From Basidioascus undulatus (lineage: Eukaryota): 54,900 bases of DNA. The first letter of the stretch is position 1, and each line of letters starts with the position of its first letter. Shown here one piece after another: positions 12,101-23,567 of this stretch. The stretch is taken from assembly GCA_000826855.1 (NCBI GenBank), contig JTLS01000049.1, positions 1 through 54,900 of the forward strand, given 5' to 3'. A model generated the notes under the pieces. That model made no database searches. It was not told the DNA's origin and saw only the letters and a program-made list of their open reading frames with translations. The translations under genes and the position numbers were made by a program.

Positions 12101-13184
12101 GGAGTGCGATTGGATTGTCATGGGTCAAAAGCACGCACCAGGCCAGACCATCGGAGGGCCGCGGTCAGAGGTCACAGCGCCGTTGACGGCCTCGCCGACG
12201 GAGGTGTCGCGAGCGATCGCCCTGCACAAATGCGGTTCAGTTTGGTTCGTAGAAGCCCGCCAGTCAGAAAGCACCTACCACTTAGGACCGCAGAGGTAGT
12301 CGGCGGTCTGGTCGAGCTTGGCGGCCATGTCGAGGAAGTGGATCGTCGGCGGAGAGGACTCGGTCTTGTCGAGGCAGATGAGTGGGTTGATCTCGAGGTA
12401 GGCGAAGTGGAGGTCAACGTAGACGGCGTAGAGGCGCTCGACGAACTCGACGAGGACATCCTGCTTCTCCGCGTCGGTCACGTCCTTGAGGAGCTCGGCC
12501 TTGAGCGTCTCGCGCGAGGGGAACGCGCCGTCGACGGCGATGAGGACCTTGCGCGCCTTGGCGTCGACGTCGCCGACGTCGACACCGCCTTCGTGCGTGA
12601 ACAGGATGTAGTCGCCCTCGCGCACGGAGTTGATGCAAATGTAGTACTCGGTGTGCGACGGGTGGGGGAGGAAGGGCTCGACGATGAAGTTGTTGAGCGT
12701 GCCGACCGTGGACTCAACCTTGAGCGGATAGGAGAGGCCATCAGCGATCAGATGAACGTCGCTGAAGGCTCAAAGAAGACGCACCTTGACCTCCTTGCCC
12801 GCCCGCTCCTCGATCCACTTGCGGCCCTCCTCCCACGTCTTGTTCAGGCCGAGCAGGCCAGCTTTGCCACGGCGCTTGATGAGCTGATCAGGCTTGACGA
12901 CGAGCTTCTCCTTGAAGACCCAACCGGGGAGCTTGTCGTCGGATGTGATCTGGTTCGAGGCCGGGTCCCAGGCGACCTGGGCGACGTGCGGCTTGGGGAA
13001 GACGAAGTTGGGGCCAGGCTTGATCGAGTCCGAGACGGCGGGGGCACGGGGGAGGTGGTACGAGAGCAGGAGCTTCGCGTCTGTGGGAGGGCAAGCACAG
13101 GAAGAAGACCCAGGATGAGCACAGGAGCAGCCTCGCAGGCAAACGAGCAGACTAGCCGTATTCGCGGATGGCCTTGGACGACAT
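8721..13184 (-). CDS. ACL1: ATP-citrate lyase, single-chain (fused) form, multi-exon
   Basis: [103 protein letters not shown] (phospho-His), [32 protein letters not shown]. Stop TAA at 8721-8723. Confidence 0.97.
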
Positions 13185-16100
13185 TTCTGTTTGGGCGGGC
13201 CATCGTCGATGATTGTCAGGAACCGAAGGACGAAGGACGCGGACATGTGCACGCCCACGCGGCGGCGATCAGCGAGAAAGCAAACGCGCACGCACCGGAC
13301 GAGTTGGTGCGTTCGTTAGAGGGTGATCAGGGCAACGACTCGGAGGGCCACGGAGGGAGTTCTGTCCATGTGAGAGGGAGGAGGAGCGGATGCAACCGCA
13401 GATGTTAGCCAGGCTTATAGAAACCAAGGGCGAGGGCTACAGAAACCCCAGCGGGCGCAAAGGCGCCCCCCACGCTCCCGTTCCGGCCCCTTCCGACAAG
13501 GCCAGGACCGGAGGGCGGCCGGCCAGAAAGAGGGGTGCAACTTGCCTACAAATGCGAAACGAGTGGAAACGACAGAGAGAGCAAAGGGGAATGCAGGAAA
13601 AGAGCGGTGCGGGCAGGACAAGGGGGAGGAGGTTTAAGGAAGAGAGAAGAGTGGGACAGCGAGCCAGCCGTACGGCAGGTGCGGCGCGAGCTCGAATCGG
13701 CTGAGGTTCGCGAGCGGTGGGGACGCCGACAGCTGGTTGGGGACGCTGCGCCCTTTCGATTGCCCTTGCCCTTGCCAGCGCACTGCATGTTGACTTGCCT
13801 TGACTTGCCTTTGCGTCACTCAAACCTTGATTATCTTTCATCCACGCTTGATCGATCTCAATCCGGCCCGCAAATGATCTAATCCCACCCCTTTCCCCAT
13901 CCAACTCTGCCCCATTCCACGCCAGATCAACCGCTGAGCAGCGACGGCCTGAAAATGCTTAAAATGACCACCGTGGAGTACTGTACTTGTGCCTGTATTT
14001 TAGTGCTGCCAGCTCACGCGACACGACGCTCAGGGCGCTCGATCGACCGACCTTGCACCTTCCCTCTTTAGCGCCCACTCGCATATTTGCTTCCGAGCGC
14101 GTCTTCTCTTTTCGTCGTCGACTGTGCACCAGAGAACGCAATTCTTGACATCCATTGATGATTGTTTTACTGTAAAAAATAGAAGTCCTTTCCCCAACAA
14201 CGCCACCCAATTACCTTGAAGGCGCTGCAGTACTAGTGCTTCCCACACACTCGTGAAGAGTCGTGCCCCCTGGCAGCCATGATCAGCGAGACTCATAACA
14301 GTCCAGCAGTCCCTCCTCTCGCCTCCAATGTACCACCTACCTTAGCCGTACCTACATCAAATCAGACTAAAGGCTCTTCATGGACGCCTTCATGGACTCA
14401 CCCTGCTTGCTCCCTGACGACTGCAGCGAACACACGGACACCCGCCAGCAGCGGCAAGCTTGATCCTCGGCTTGCGCAAGCGCAGGCGGAGTTCCGGGTT
14501 GCCGGCGGGCCGCGTAGTCGCTTTCTTCAGTACAGCGGTGGCTAGGTTCTTTCTTTGTCTCTCGCGAATTCTCTGAGGACATCACCCTGCTTAGCGTCAA
14601 ACGGAGCCCTTGCACTGCCCTAGTTGTACTGCAAAATGCATGCTCTCGTACATAGCACTAGCAGCTCCCCGGACAAGGCCCCGCGCCGAGGAGCGTCATT
14701 AGGCGCTAAAGATGTGTGTTTAACAATTGGCGAGCGGATAAAGAACCTGGCCACCACTGTATGTTGGTGTATGACTCCTTTCTTATGTGATACGTACGCA
14801 TTACAATCAGTTGGATTGCACACAACAAGCACAGATGAGAAAAAAAAAAAAGCAGCGACAGTGGCAGACGAAAGACGACCTCGGTTTTCTGCGTGCCCCT
14901 GCACTAAAGAGATCAGGAGCGTTTTGAAGCTAGCATAACAATAGCAGGACCTAGTTTCTACTTCACTGAATGTGACTTGACAGTGAGATGGTCGCTTCTC
15001 TGCTCTTGCATGTAGTCGAAAGAACCTCAGGCCACACTGCACAGACAGCTGTAGATCTGTTTGACTCCTCATTTTCCTGACATTTATCTTTCAGAAGACC
15101 GTAGTATTTTCAGCTCCTCATGCCTTGTCAACACCACACGAACTCGCCATCTCGAGAACGTCTTTCACAGGGTCTTCTCGACGATGGACAGGTCAGCCGT
15201 TGACCAAGAGGGATTCGCTGTGAATTTTCGAAGCGTTGGTTTAGAACTTCCTGGAATCTTGCAACTCCGTGAACGCGAATCATCCATTTGCGATGTTCTT
15301 GTCCCCCTTGTCCTGATCATACCGCAGCCGTACTTCGCTTGGCTGTAGCTGTGCTGTTGATTCAACTCAGCTAAACTGTGACTCAAATATCCTGCACGGC
15401 CCTTGTATATCTTTCCACGATAAATTCAGCTTAGGCTTCAGTCTGATCCTGACGGCATTGAAGGTGAGTGCTGGTGCGCTAGTCGATGGTCAGCTGGGTT
15501 CTGGGAATTGGCAGTGTTTTCCCTGCTGCAGGCTTGGACTACCAGGTGTTGGTATCGACTCGCCTATTTCCAAGAATTGTTCGGTCTGGTGTCGTGAATC
15601 GCTTGAGATCGGCTGCCCGTATGAACTGTCTACTTCCCTTCTTTCAGTGAGACGCCTTCCACGTTTTTTGGAAAGGCGCTGCACATGGCGCCCCGTCTCC
15701 ATCCTTTAAGTGTAAGGTAAATTTTATCTTGAACCTTCGAAATGTTTCATCTACCATTATCAAGCTCCCAAGGCTGTTGAATGCCCCCTTCCCCGATTGG
15801 TCTACCGAGTGGAGTGAACGCAATGCCACCCGAGCTCAGGGCTGACAATCGCTTTCTCGTCTCCTTCACACTTTGTAGCAAAAGGGTGTAAAATCCCCAA
15901 TACTTGTCTCGAAGGTCTTTTAAAGTGGGTTGGCCCGATGTACAGGAGCTGACGTCTCACTTGAAAGTGCCCATCAACTCACTTTCAGACATTCAACCTG
16001 CACGGTCGGTTGAGGTCATACGTTCTCTCGCTGGGAAGGCCGTCTCCTGAGGGGTGCCTGAGTTGAACCCTTCCGAAAGAATATGAAGATGACTTCTGTA

Positions 16101-16606
16101 TTTCGGCCCATGGCAACTGTCTGTCTTCTCCAAGATGGTTTGCGCTTTCTGCTGTCGTGCAAGTCGCAAATGCTTTTCAACTACTTCCGACAGAACAGAG
16201 GCCACTTTTCATCAAGTGCTTATTAAAACTTCAAATAAAAAGTGTTCTGGATCTTAAAGTACGTGATGGGGAGGCGAGCGTAAAAGGACTGGGTGTGAAA
16301 CGCTGAGGAGACCTCCGTGTCGTTCCGCCCACGCCGGTTAGGCTTCCCCGTCATTTCCGTCCACATCGTCGACCGCCTGCCACATCCGCCACCAAATCCT
16401 CCCAAATCTCTCCACACAATGCGCTCCTTCACTGAAATGTCTTCAGGCGATAGCTCCAGCTCCGGGCGCTCGGGCATTCTCTGGCGCATCTCCGCGGACA
16501 GCGGGGTGCCGGACGAGCTGGCCTCGCTGGCATGTCGCTCTGATTGAACAAGCCTTAGTTCTCACCTCTAAGAATCGGTGGGTAAAACTCTCAGCTGGAC
16601 GAGTTC

Positions 16607-18750
16607 TTGCAGCAGAGCACCGTCTTGATCCTAAGCGACGTCGCCGACCGTCTCACTTTCCCTATGAGAGACGAGGGACTGTACAGCTATTACGATGGAC
16701 CGTACCAGCTCGTACACAACCCCTCTTCTAGCTCAGCGACGGACAAGGCAGGTCCATCTAAACTTGTACTGGTATCGCATCTGATCTGTACCCGCCGAGC
16801 AGGTCTACGACCTCCTGCTGAAACCGAAGCAGTCGCCCAATCCTCGCACGACGGTCTGTCTGTCCCACTGACCACCTCGCTTGCTCCAGGGCATTCATCT
16901 GACCTTTCAACTTTCTACGACGTCCGGATTACAGCAAGCCGCCCTCGCTCTACATCGATTCACGGACCAGCCGCAGTAAGTGCCTTTGATTGACTGACAT
17001 GGCGAGTGCACAGCAAACCTGACCTTCTACGGGCCGTTCTCTGTTGCGGAGCCGACTAGCCTACTCAACCTTTTCGACGGCGTCAAAGTAGCCATCGGTA
17101 CATAGCGGAAATCCCGGCCCTCCTTCTTCTCTCAGAGGGAGGAGGCTTCGCTGCGTGACTCGCTCGAGCTCTTCAAGGCGTTCGGAGGGCAGGTCCATGT
17201 CGGCCGACCCGGCAGCGACGATCTAGTTACTCACATGCTCATCGGTGACATTGAATCAGTGCGTTTATCCAAAAGTGTTCAGAACCGACCAAAAAAAGGC
17301 CGATTTCTGCTTGCGCAGCCATCGTTCTCGCTCGTCCGCAATCTGAACAAGCGTCCGGGCTGTCTCATTCATTGCGTAGTCCCTCAATGGTGCCTTGTGA
17401 GAGTTTATCGGCCTCTCTGGGGGGATATGCTAAAGAAACGTGTGAATCAAGGGTATACGCATGCGTGCGCGCGGGCTGCTTAGTCCTAGAGCGTCCCTCC
17501 GCAGCCTGCTTCGACAGCCCGCCCCCGGTCTTCGTCGACAACCTGTCCTCTCCAAGCAACCACTCGTTAAACCGTGCGCTCAAAAAGGACCGCATCGGAA
17601 TACGACTGGAGCGGCCGCCCTCGGCGATACTTTCCACCTCGCTGATTCGCGGAAAGCACGTTCTTCTCGTCTGACATCAAGCTCAACTGGATCGAGCGCG
17701 CAGCGCTTCACGGCTTGATCTTGGAGGCCGCCGGGCACGTCGTGGATGCTCCGGGGATTGACGAGCATGACGGTGCCAGCAAACGCCTGAACGTCGAAAG
17801 AAGCGATATCGTCGTCAAGGCGCATCGGAACGGTGAGCACTATCTGTTCGTGAGTATCTCTGTCTCTCTCCGCCTGCGGGCGCGATCCAAATCGCACTAC
17901 ATTGGCCTATACCAGTCCATCCGCCGCTCTGAAAAGCTTGTAGCACCTTAAGCTGGTTCCTCGATGTCCTTTGCCTGCAGCGTTTGCTCGACCCCCTTGA
18001 CTGCTTGCTCCACTAGTACGTCGACCCGAACCCTTCACCTTCACGCAGCGCACCTGAAATCGAATTCCATTGCCTAGTCCTCTACCCCGCGACTGCGCCG
18101 CCCCATTTACCGACAAGATCATTTACCTTGATACCGCTAGCTACGAGAGCGACATCCGTTACCTTGAACAGCTCTGCAAGCTAGTTTCGCCGCGCTTTCG
18201 CGGGAGACTGCTGGCGAACTCGGAGCGCGTGCCTCTACGGTCCATCGTAATCTCGTCCGGGTGACCTACCCACTACCTCTGCCCATCAGGGTGCCGCAAT
18301 GCTGACCTCGCCCTTTCGATTGAGGATGAGCGACGAGCTGGCTGTGAAACTTCGCAGCGAGCGTGCCGTTCGCGTTCTCACGCACGAGTTCCTCAAGGAC
18401 AGCTTTCTCGCGAACGAGCTTGTTCCGTTCGACGTGGGCGGCTACTACGACACGCCGCCTGCTGTAGATCCTGGAACGCTTCCCCGAAAGGCGGACGCTC
18501 GGGCTCGCATCGAGTGTCGCAGGCTCATGGAGGAGGACCTGGAGCCGTACAAGGGAGTTCGGGCTCGTCGGGCGATGAGCGAGAAGGTGACTCTTGGGGG
18601 TGGTGGTTTCAGGGGAGATACCAAGCGCTTACCCACCCGCCCTCTCGCCGCAGGCGTCAACCGCTCCCAGTCGTAGCTATTACCACTCGCGGAGGCGGAC
18701 TTGGCCTTGAGCTGGATGAGAAGGAAAGCGGGGCCGACGGAGAGCTTTTA
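16607..18750 (+). pseudogene. Tandem-BRCT-domain protein gene, probably disrupted
   Basis: LFDGVKVAIG...LELFKAFGGQVH...VTHMLI...HCVVPQW and APFTDKIIYLD...VRVLTHEFLKDSFLANELVPF resemble two BRCT repeats. In-frame TAG at ~17103 has no frame-preserving intron that I could find. Confidence 0.4.
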
Positions 18751-19643
18751 TCGACGTCCACATACATGCATATTCTTGGAACCACTACGAGAATGCTTGA
18801 AAAATACTGAGCGGGAAGATGACAGCTTTTGTTGTGGATGTGGCACGAGACACTAGAAAGATGGAACCAGCGCACTCAAGCGCTCACGGTGCACTACTCC
18901 CGCGGCGGAGAATCAGACCCTCACTCAAGTCCGACACCTTTTAGATCACGTCAACATAGAATTTGAATCACATCAACACGTTCCCAACAAATGCCCAACT
19001 CGTAATTACCCGGAATGCCACGCAGGGCTGCTGCATTCTGTCGTACAAACCGAAAGCCCTAGCGGTCCCAACGCTTCAAGCCATGAAAGCTCCCAATACC
19101 ACCGCCCCAGTGACATGAACTGCCCCTACGAAAAACTTATACGACTCTGCGCCGTTGGGGTCTTCCACATCGACAGAGTCGATCTCGTCGTCAGTGAGCT
19201 CCTGCAGGGCGTCGCCCTCTTTGTCGATCACGTTGGTGGGGAGATGGTGATGTCGGGCGGAACTGCACCTCGATTCCAGCTCACGCTCTATTTTTGAAGG
19301 AATGTATGAGAAAAGCTTCCTGTGAGTGTCTCGGTCGGCACTTCGAACCCGGACGGCCAGACGCCGGTAGGATGCCACTTTTCCGCTTTCCATAGCGGAT
19401 GGCTTCTGCCCCACCAGCAGCCTGAGCGCGCCCGAGATAGATCAGCTTCAGCTTAAGAAATGGAAGACAACATACAGTTATATTAACCCACTGAAGTCCC
19501 GATGCTGTCAAGCTTCGAGCTCCGAAAGCGTACATTCGCGTGAAGCTCCTTGCGGTTCAGCGCTCTTTTCGAATTTTCGAATTTTAAAGGTTGGGAAGTA
19601 CGTCCTATTGACAGGACAAGGAAACCTGCCCGTATTGAATGAT

Positions 19644-20559
19644 TTATGCGCCCCTCCGGCGGAAAGTACCACACCAGACGTCCATGACCTGACCGCCTTG
19701 GACCCGCCCTCGAGTAGGCCCACAGCCGCATTAACCGCATCCCGCTGAGCGAGGATCGCCGACTTCACCCTCTCGTCGGCTCCTATAAGCAAGCATCATC
19801 CCAACCTTCCACCGCCCGTCACCGAGTTTCGGGCCAGGCACGACATGTTGCTCCTTCGCGAGTCATCCAGCCTGGTTCGCGAGTTCGACGATCGCCTTCG
19901 GCGAGAGAAGAGTTCGGATGTTGGACGTGTTATCCGGTTGATGAGGGGCGAGGGACGTCTGGGCGAGGGCGGCGAGGATATGCGGGTGCGACGCGGGCAC
20001 AGAGCCGCGGAGTGACCACTCGGCGATGTGAAGTGTGGGAATACCGACGGCGGACAAGCGCGAAAGGGTGGACATAAAGGCAGATGGAGAGGGGAAGTAG
20101 AAAGGGCTGTGTGCGAGGATGGCGGAGGTGAACTTTGGGAGAGAAGAAGTGGATTTCGAGAGGTAGTCGTTGGGGTCGGCTTGAACGAAGGTGGTGCGCG
20201 AGCCGATGGCGGAGGCAAGCATGTGAGCCTGGGCTTGGCCAAGAGTGTACGGCGCGCCTATTTACGAAAAATAGTTTTGAGTGTCCGGCGGTACGCGCTC
20301 AGGAAACAGGCTTACCGTAATCAAGCGAAGCGGGATCGACGCCCACGACCTTGCCCGCCTCGCCCACTACCTCAGCCAAGACGGCAGTGCAGTCCCCCTG
20401 GCCACATCCGAGCTCGAGGATGACTTCGCCTTGCACGATCCTGAAGACCTGAATCAGGTCGATGCGATGCGCGGTTTGGGAAAGCTGGACCGAAGGGCTA
20501 CCGTCTTCATGAAGGTTATAGGGTAGAAGAGCTTCGGGCGAGAGCATGGTAGTGGACAT
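19644..20559 (-). pseudogene. Class I SAM-dependent methyltransferase pseudogene
   Basis: Motif I VILELGCGQGDCTAVLA, GKVVGVDPASLDYG/APYTLGQAQ, IAEWSL, SNIRTLLSP. In-frame TGA at 19863-19865 and two further frameshifts before MDVWCGTF. Confidence 0.8.
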
Positions 20560-21279
20560 TGCTGTGCAAGTACAAGTAGGGGTAAGCAAGAAAAGAAGGG
20601 CAAGGAGATTGCGGGCAACACGCAGAAAACACACAAGGCACACCGCGCTCGGCAGCGAGCCTGACTAGACTGACTCGAATTGCAGGCAACGCGTGGTCTG
20701 GCGCGCCACCCGCATGGTGCCTTGTTATCGGAGTCGACGACGGCCGTGTAGGCGAGAATACCACGGTATTTTTATGACCGTCGGAGAGTGGTCTGAAGTG
20801 GGCGCTGGACGCGTACTGTGTATGAAGGTCATGTCGGTATTGCGACTGCTTTCAGAACTTGCGGCCCTCAGAGTGTGAACGACTCCACGTCGAGGTAGCG
20901 CTCCGGGTGTCAAAGCAGTCCCGCCTTTGAGACAAACATGGATGTATTTATTACTGAATGCGTCCTTAATCCCAGAAAAAAAGTCTTCTTTGCTTCAAGG
21001 ACCGTTGAAGCACATTGGGCTGCGCTGGGTCACATTACAGAAACGGCTGGAGTGGCTCTATTGAAACCAATCTCCACCCACGGACCCGCCAAACTCCTGT
21101 TTATACAATGTCATTTGTTAACCCCAGTATTTTAACCAGGTATAGGACATCCGTCAACGGGCCCCAAGCGGCGTTTCTCTCAATTCGCAGGCGACCCTTA
21201 AGGGCAGAAACGGCCACACGGCTTGAATTTAACAGCCTGGGACCCAATTAAAAAGTATAAAAACCCTTCTTATGACAGC

Positions 21280-23081
21280 CTAATAGGGATACTCGTGCGA
21301 TGCCTTCCCTTCCACAGTGACACCCGCTGCGACCTGCTTTGCGTGCTGCGCGTCGAGGCAGGGGAGAAGGGAGTGGTAGAGCTCGCCGTTCTTGTGCCTA
21401 TTCAAAAGGGGCTCAGGATTTGTCGAAAAGATCGACAAGAAAGTGCAACGCACTTGTACACGTCCCCCTTCCAGCTCCGCACAGTGCTCGCCATCCGTCC
21501 TGGGACGCCCGGCTCGTCTAGCATGTCCACGATCGGCTCTGGAACAAGTCCTCATGATCTGCTAAATAATCAGATTGAAATCAAAGAGCCTAGAAACCCC
21601 ATACCAAGATAAGAATGCACTGTGAACACGACCGCCCCGCTCCTCGGCAGCCGCCGCAGCGTCTGCCTCTCCTGTCTCAGCCAGATCTCGCTCGGGTCTG
21701 CCGGCTCGGATGGCTCAAGCCCTGCCTGCCTGAGCGCTTTCGTCGAAGGGCCCTTGGCGAGCTGGTCAAAAAGATCTTCAGGGCCCTTCGCTGACGTCTC
21801 CCATGCGAGCTCGGAGCCGCGGACGAAAGTGTAGTCTGTACAGCGGGCGGAGGTCACCCGCCGTGGGTGGTGGGGAAACGAATGGGAAGGCGCACTGTTT
21901 CGAGCAACCGGCTTCTCGAGGCGTAGCTTCTGGAAGAAACGGTTCATGGACATGTCGAGCTTGGACATGTCTGTAGTGTTAAGCTCATGTTGTTAATGCG
22001 GTGTACAGCGGTACTGGCCGGAGCGGCTTACACTCGGGAACGTCCCCGCTCATATGGATGTAGCGGAGGTCGCGTCCGACTGGACAAAATGGATTCCTCT
22101 CAGTATATATTTGAATACCTTGAAGATAAAGGAGGCGTGGCCTACTCTTGTCTTCAAGTCGCCACGAGCCCGCCAATGCCACAAACCCGGCTTTGAAGTA
22201 GTACTATCCCGTCAGGCTGTGGCTCAGTTTACGCGTTATGCTCTCTCTGGGAGCAAAAGACCAACCATTCCGTCCCCTCCTTCCATCATGACCGCCAGAT
22301 CGTCCTGAACCATCAAACCAGCAACAGCCATCGGGTCCTCCTGATCGAAGTCCCATCGCACCCCCAACCCCAGCACCTCCACCTCCCTTATCTCGTCCTC
22401 CCCAAACCAGCCCTTCCCTCTCCTGGACACCTTGAACAGCGCTGGGTACCGCTGCGTCGTGTACTCTGCAATCGAAAGGCACAGCTCACGCGCCGCGAGC
22501 TCGGCGCCGGGCAGCGTTTGACAGACTTTGCGGCCGCGCGTGCGGTAGCGGTCTTGGCGAAGACGGAGGTAGGTTGGGAACTGGTTGTCTACCTGTAAAA
22601 AAAGGAGATTCAGAGGCTGGGTAATTGACTGAGGAGGACTGGACCGCACCTCGAACCACTCGTCAAATGGCATCGAGCGGATGCCCATCGTCGTCAAGTG
22701 CTGGTACTTGAAAGCACGATAGGGCGGCTGCCCGGCCAAACATGCACATTTTCAGCCTCGGTATCCCTATATGGGTTAAAAACTATCCGGGCGCACCGGC
22801 TTGGTCGTCTCCAGGTCGAAATCATCCCATGGCCGGACCGGCGGGTACTTCCAGTCCACCGGCTCCCACTCTGCGCCTTGCTGTCGTCAGTGCACAGCTT
22901 CGAGAAAAGAACAAAAGGCGTCGGATTAAAACGCACTGCCCCATTGCCTCCCATCTACCCCCACAAGCTTCCCCTCCCGCGCCCGCACGCCCTTCGTCCG
23001 CGAGCGTCGAATCGATGTGAGCCACAGTGCGAGCGCAATCGAGCCGCCCAGCACGAACGGGATGAGCAAGTGAGTGGTCAT
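21280..23081 (-). CDS. DUF3445 / HRQ-family protein (heme-dependent oxidative N-demethylase alpha-like) with N-terminal hydrophobic anchor
   Basis: PYRAFKY..TMGIRSMPFDEWFE/VDN, LMVQDDLAVM, AGSWRLEDK, IHMSGDVP, SMNRFFQKL...PVARN, IWLRQERQTLRRLPRSGAVVFTVHSY, EPGVPGRMASTVRSW; ends ...SHEYPY*. Confidence 0.85.
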
Positions 23082-23567
23082 CACTCGAGCGATGTTTTCA
23101 AAAGACAGACAAAGCGGTAAGTGGGGAAGATGCGGCAAGGGAAGCAAGAGAGTTGTTGTCTGAGAACGGTGATAAGCGCTGCGAAGCAGCCGAGCGCTTA
23201 AGCGACGCCGGTACGTAAGACCATCACATGATACCGTGCAGCAGGATGTGAGCACGAAGCAAAAGTTCTGGCTGAACTGTATGACCAAAATATTGATTTT
23301 GAAAACATGCACATGGAGGTCGGGCACAGGGCAGCGGATCCCGCTCGTCGCTCGCTCAACAAAGTCTCGACAGCGCAAGGAGCATGAAGCTTGTAGCACG
23401 AGCAACCGACACTTTGTCTAGCGCGGATTATAGATCGAGTCAATGCTGGCCCCGGTCACAAGCGTCCACCGCTCGAAGAAAATAAAGCAGTAGGTAATAT
23501 CGAACCGAACGCGGCCCACAATCACCGCAATACAGACCTCTCCCCCTCTACAGGAAGCGCCCTCAGC

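Noticed and set aside
12104..13408. 434-aa plus-strand ORF, and similar long antisense ORFs at 10023-10841, 11066-11725, 24599-25696 and 33139-33804
   Set aside because: Shadow ORFs opposite GC3-rich ACL1, SLY1 and PPX1 exons; no independent protein features.
19644..19865. TGA at a likely Trp position in the methyltransferase as evidence of recoding or A-to-I repair
   Set aside because: Two downstream frameshifts also break the gene, and TGA is a normal stop in OLE1, PPX1 and others.
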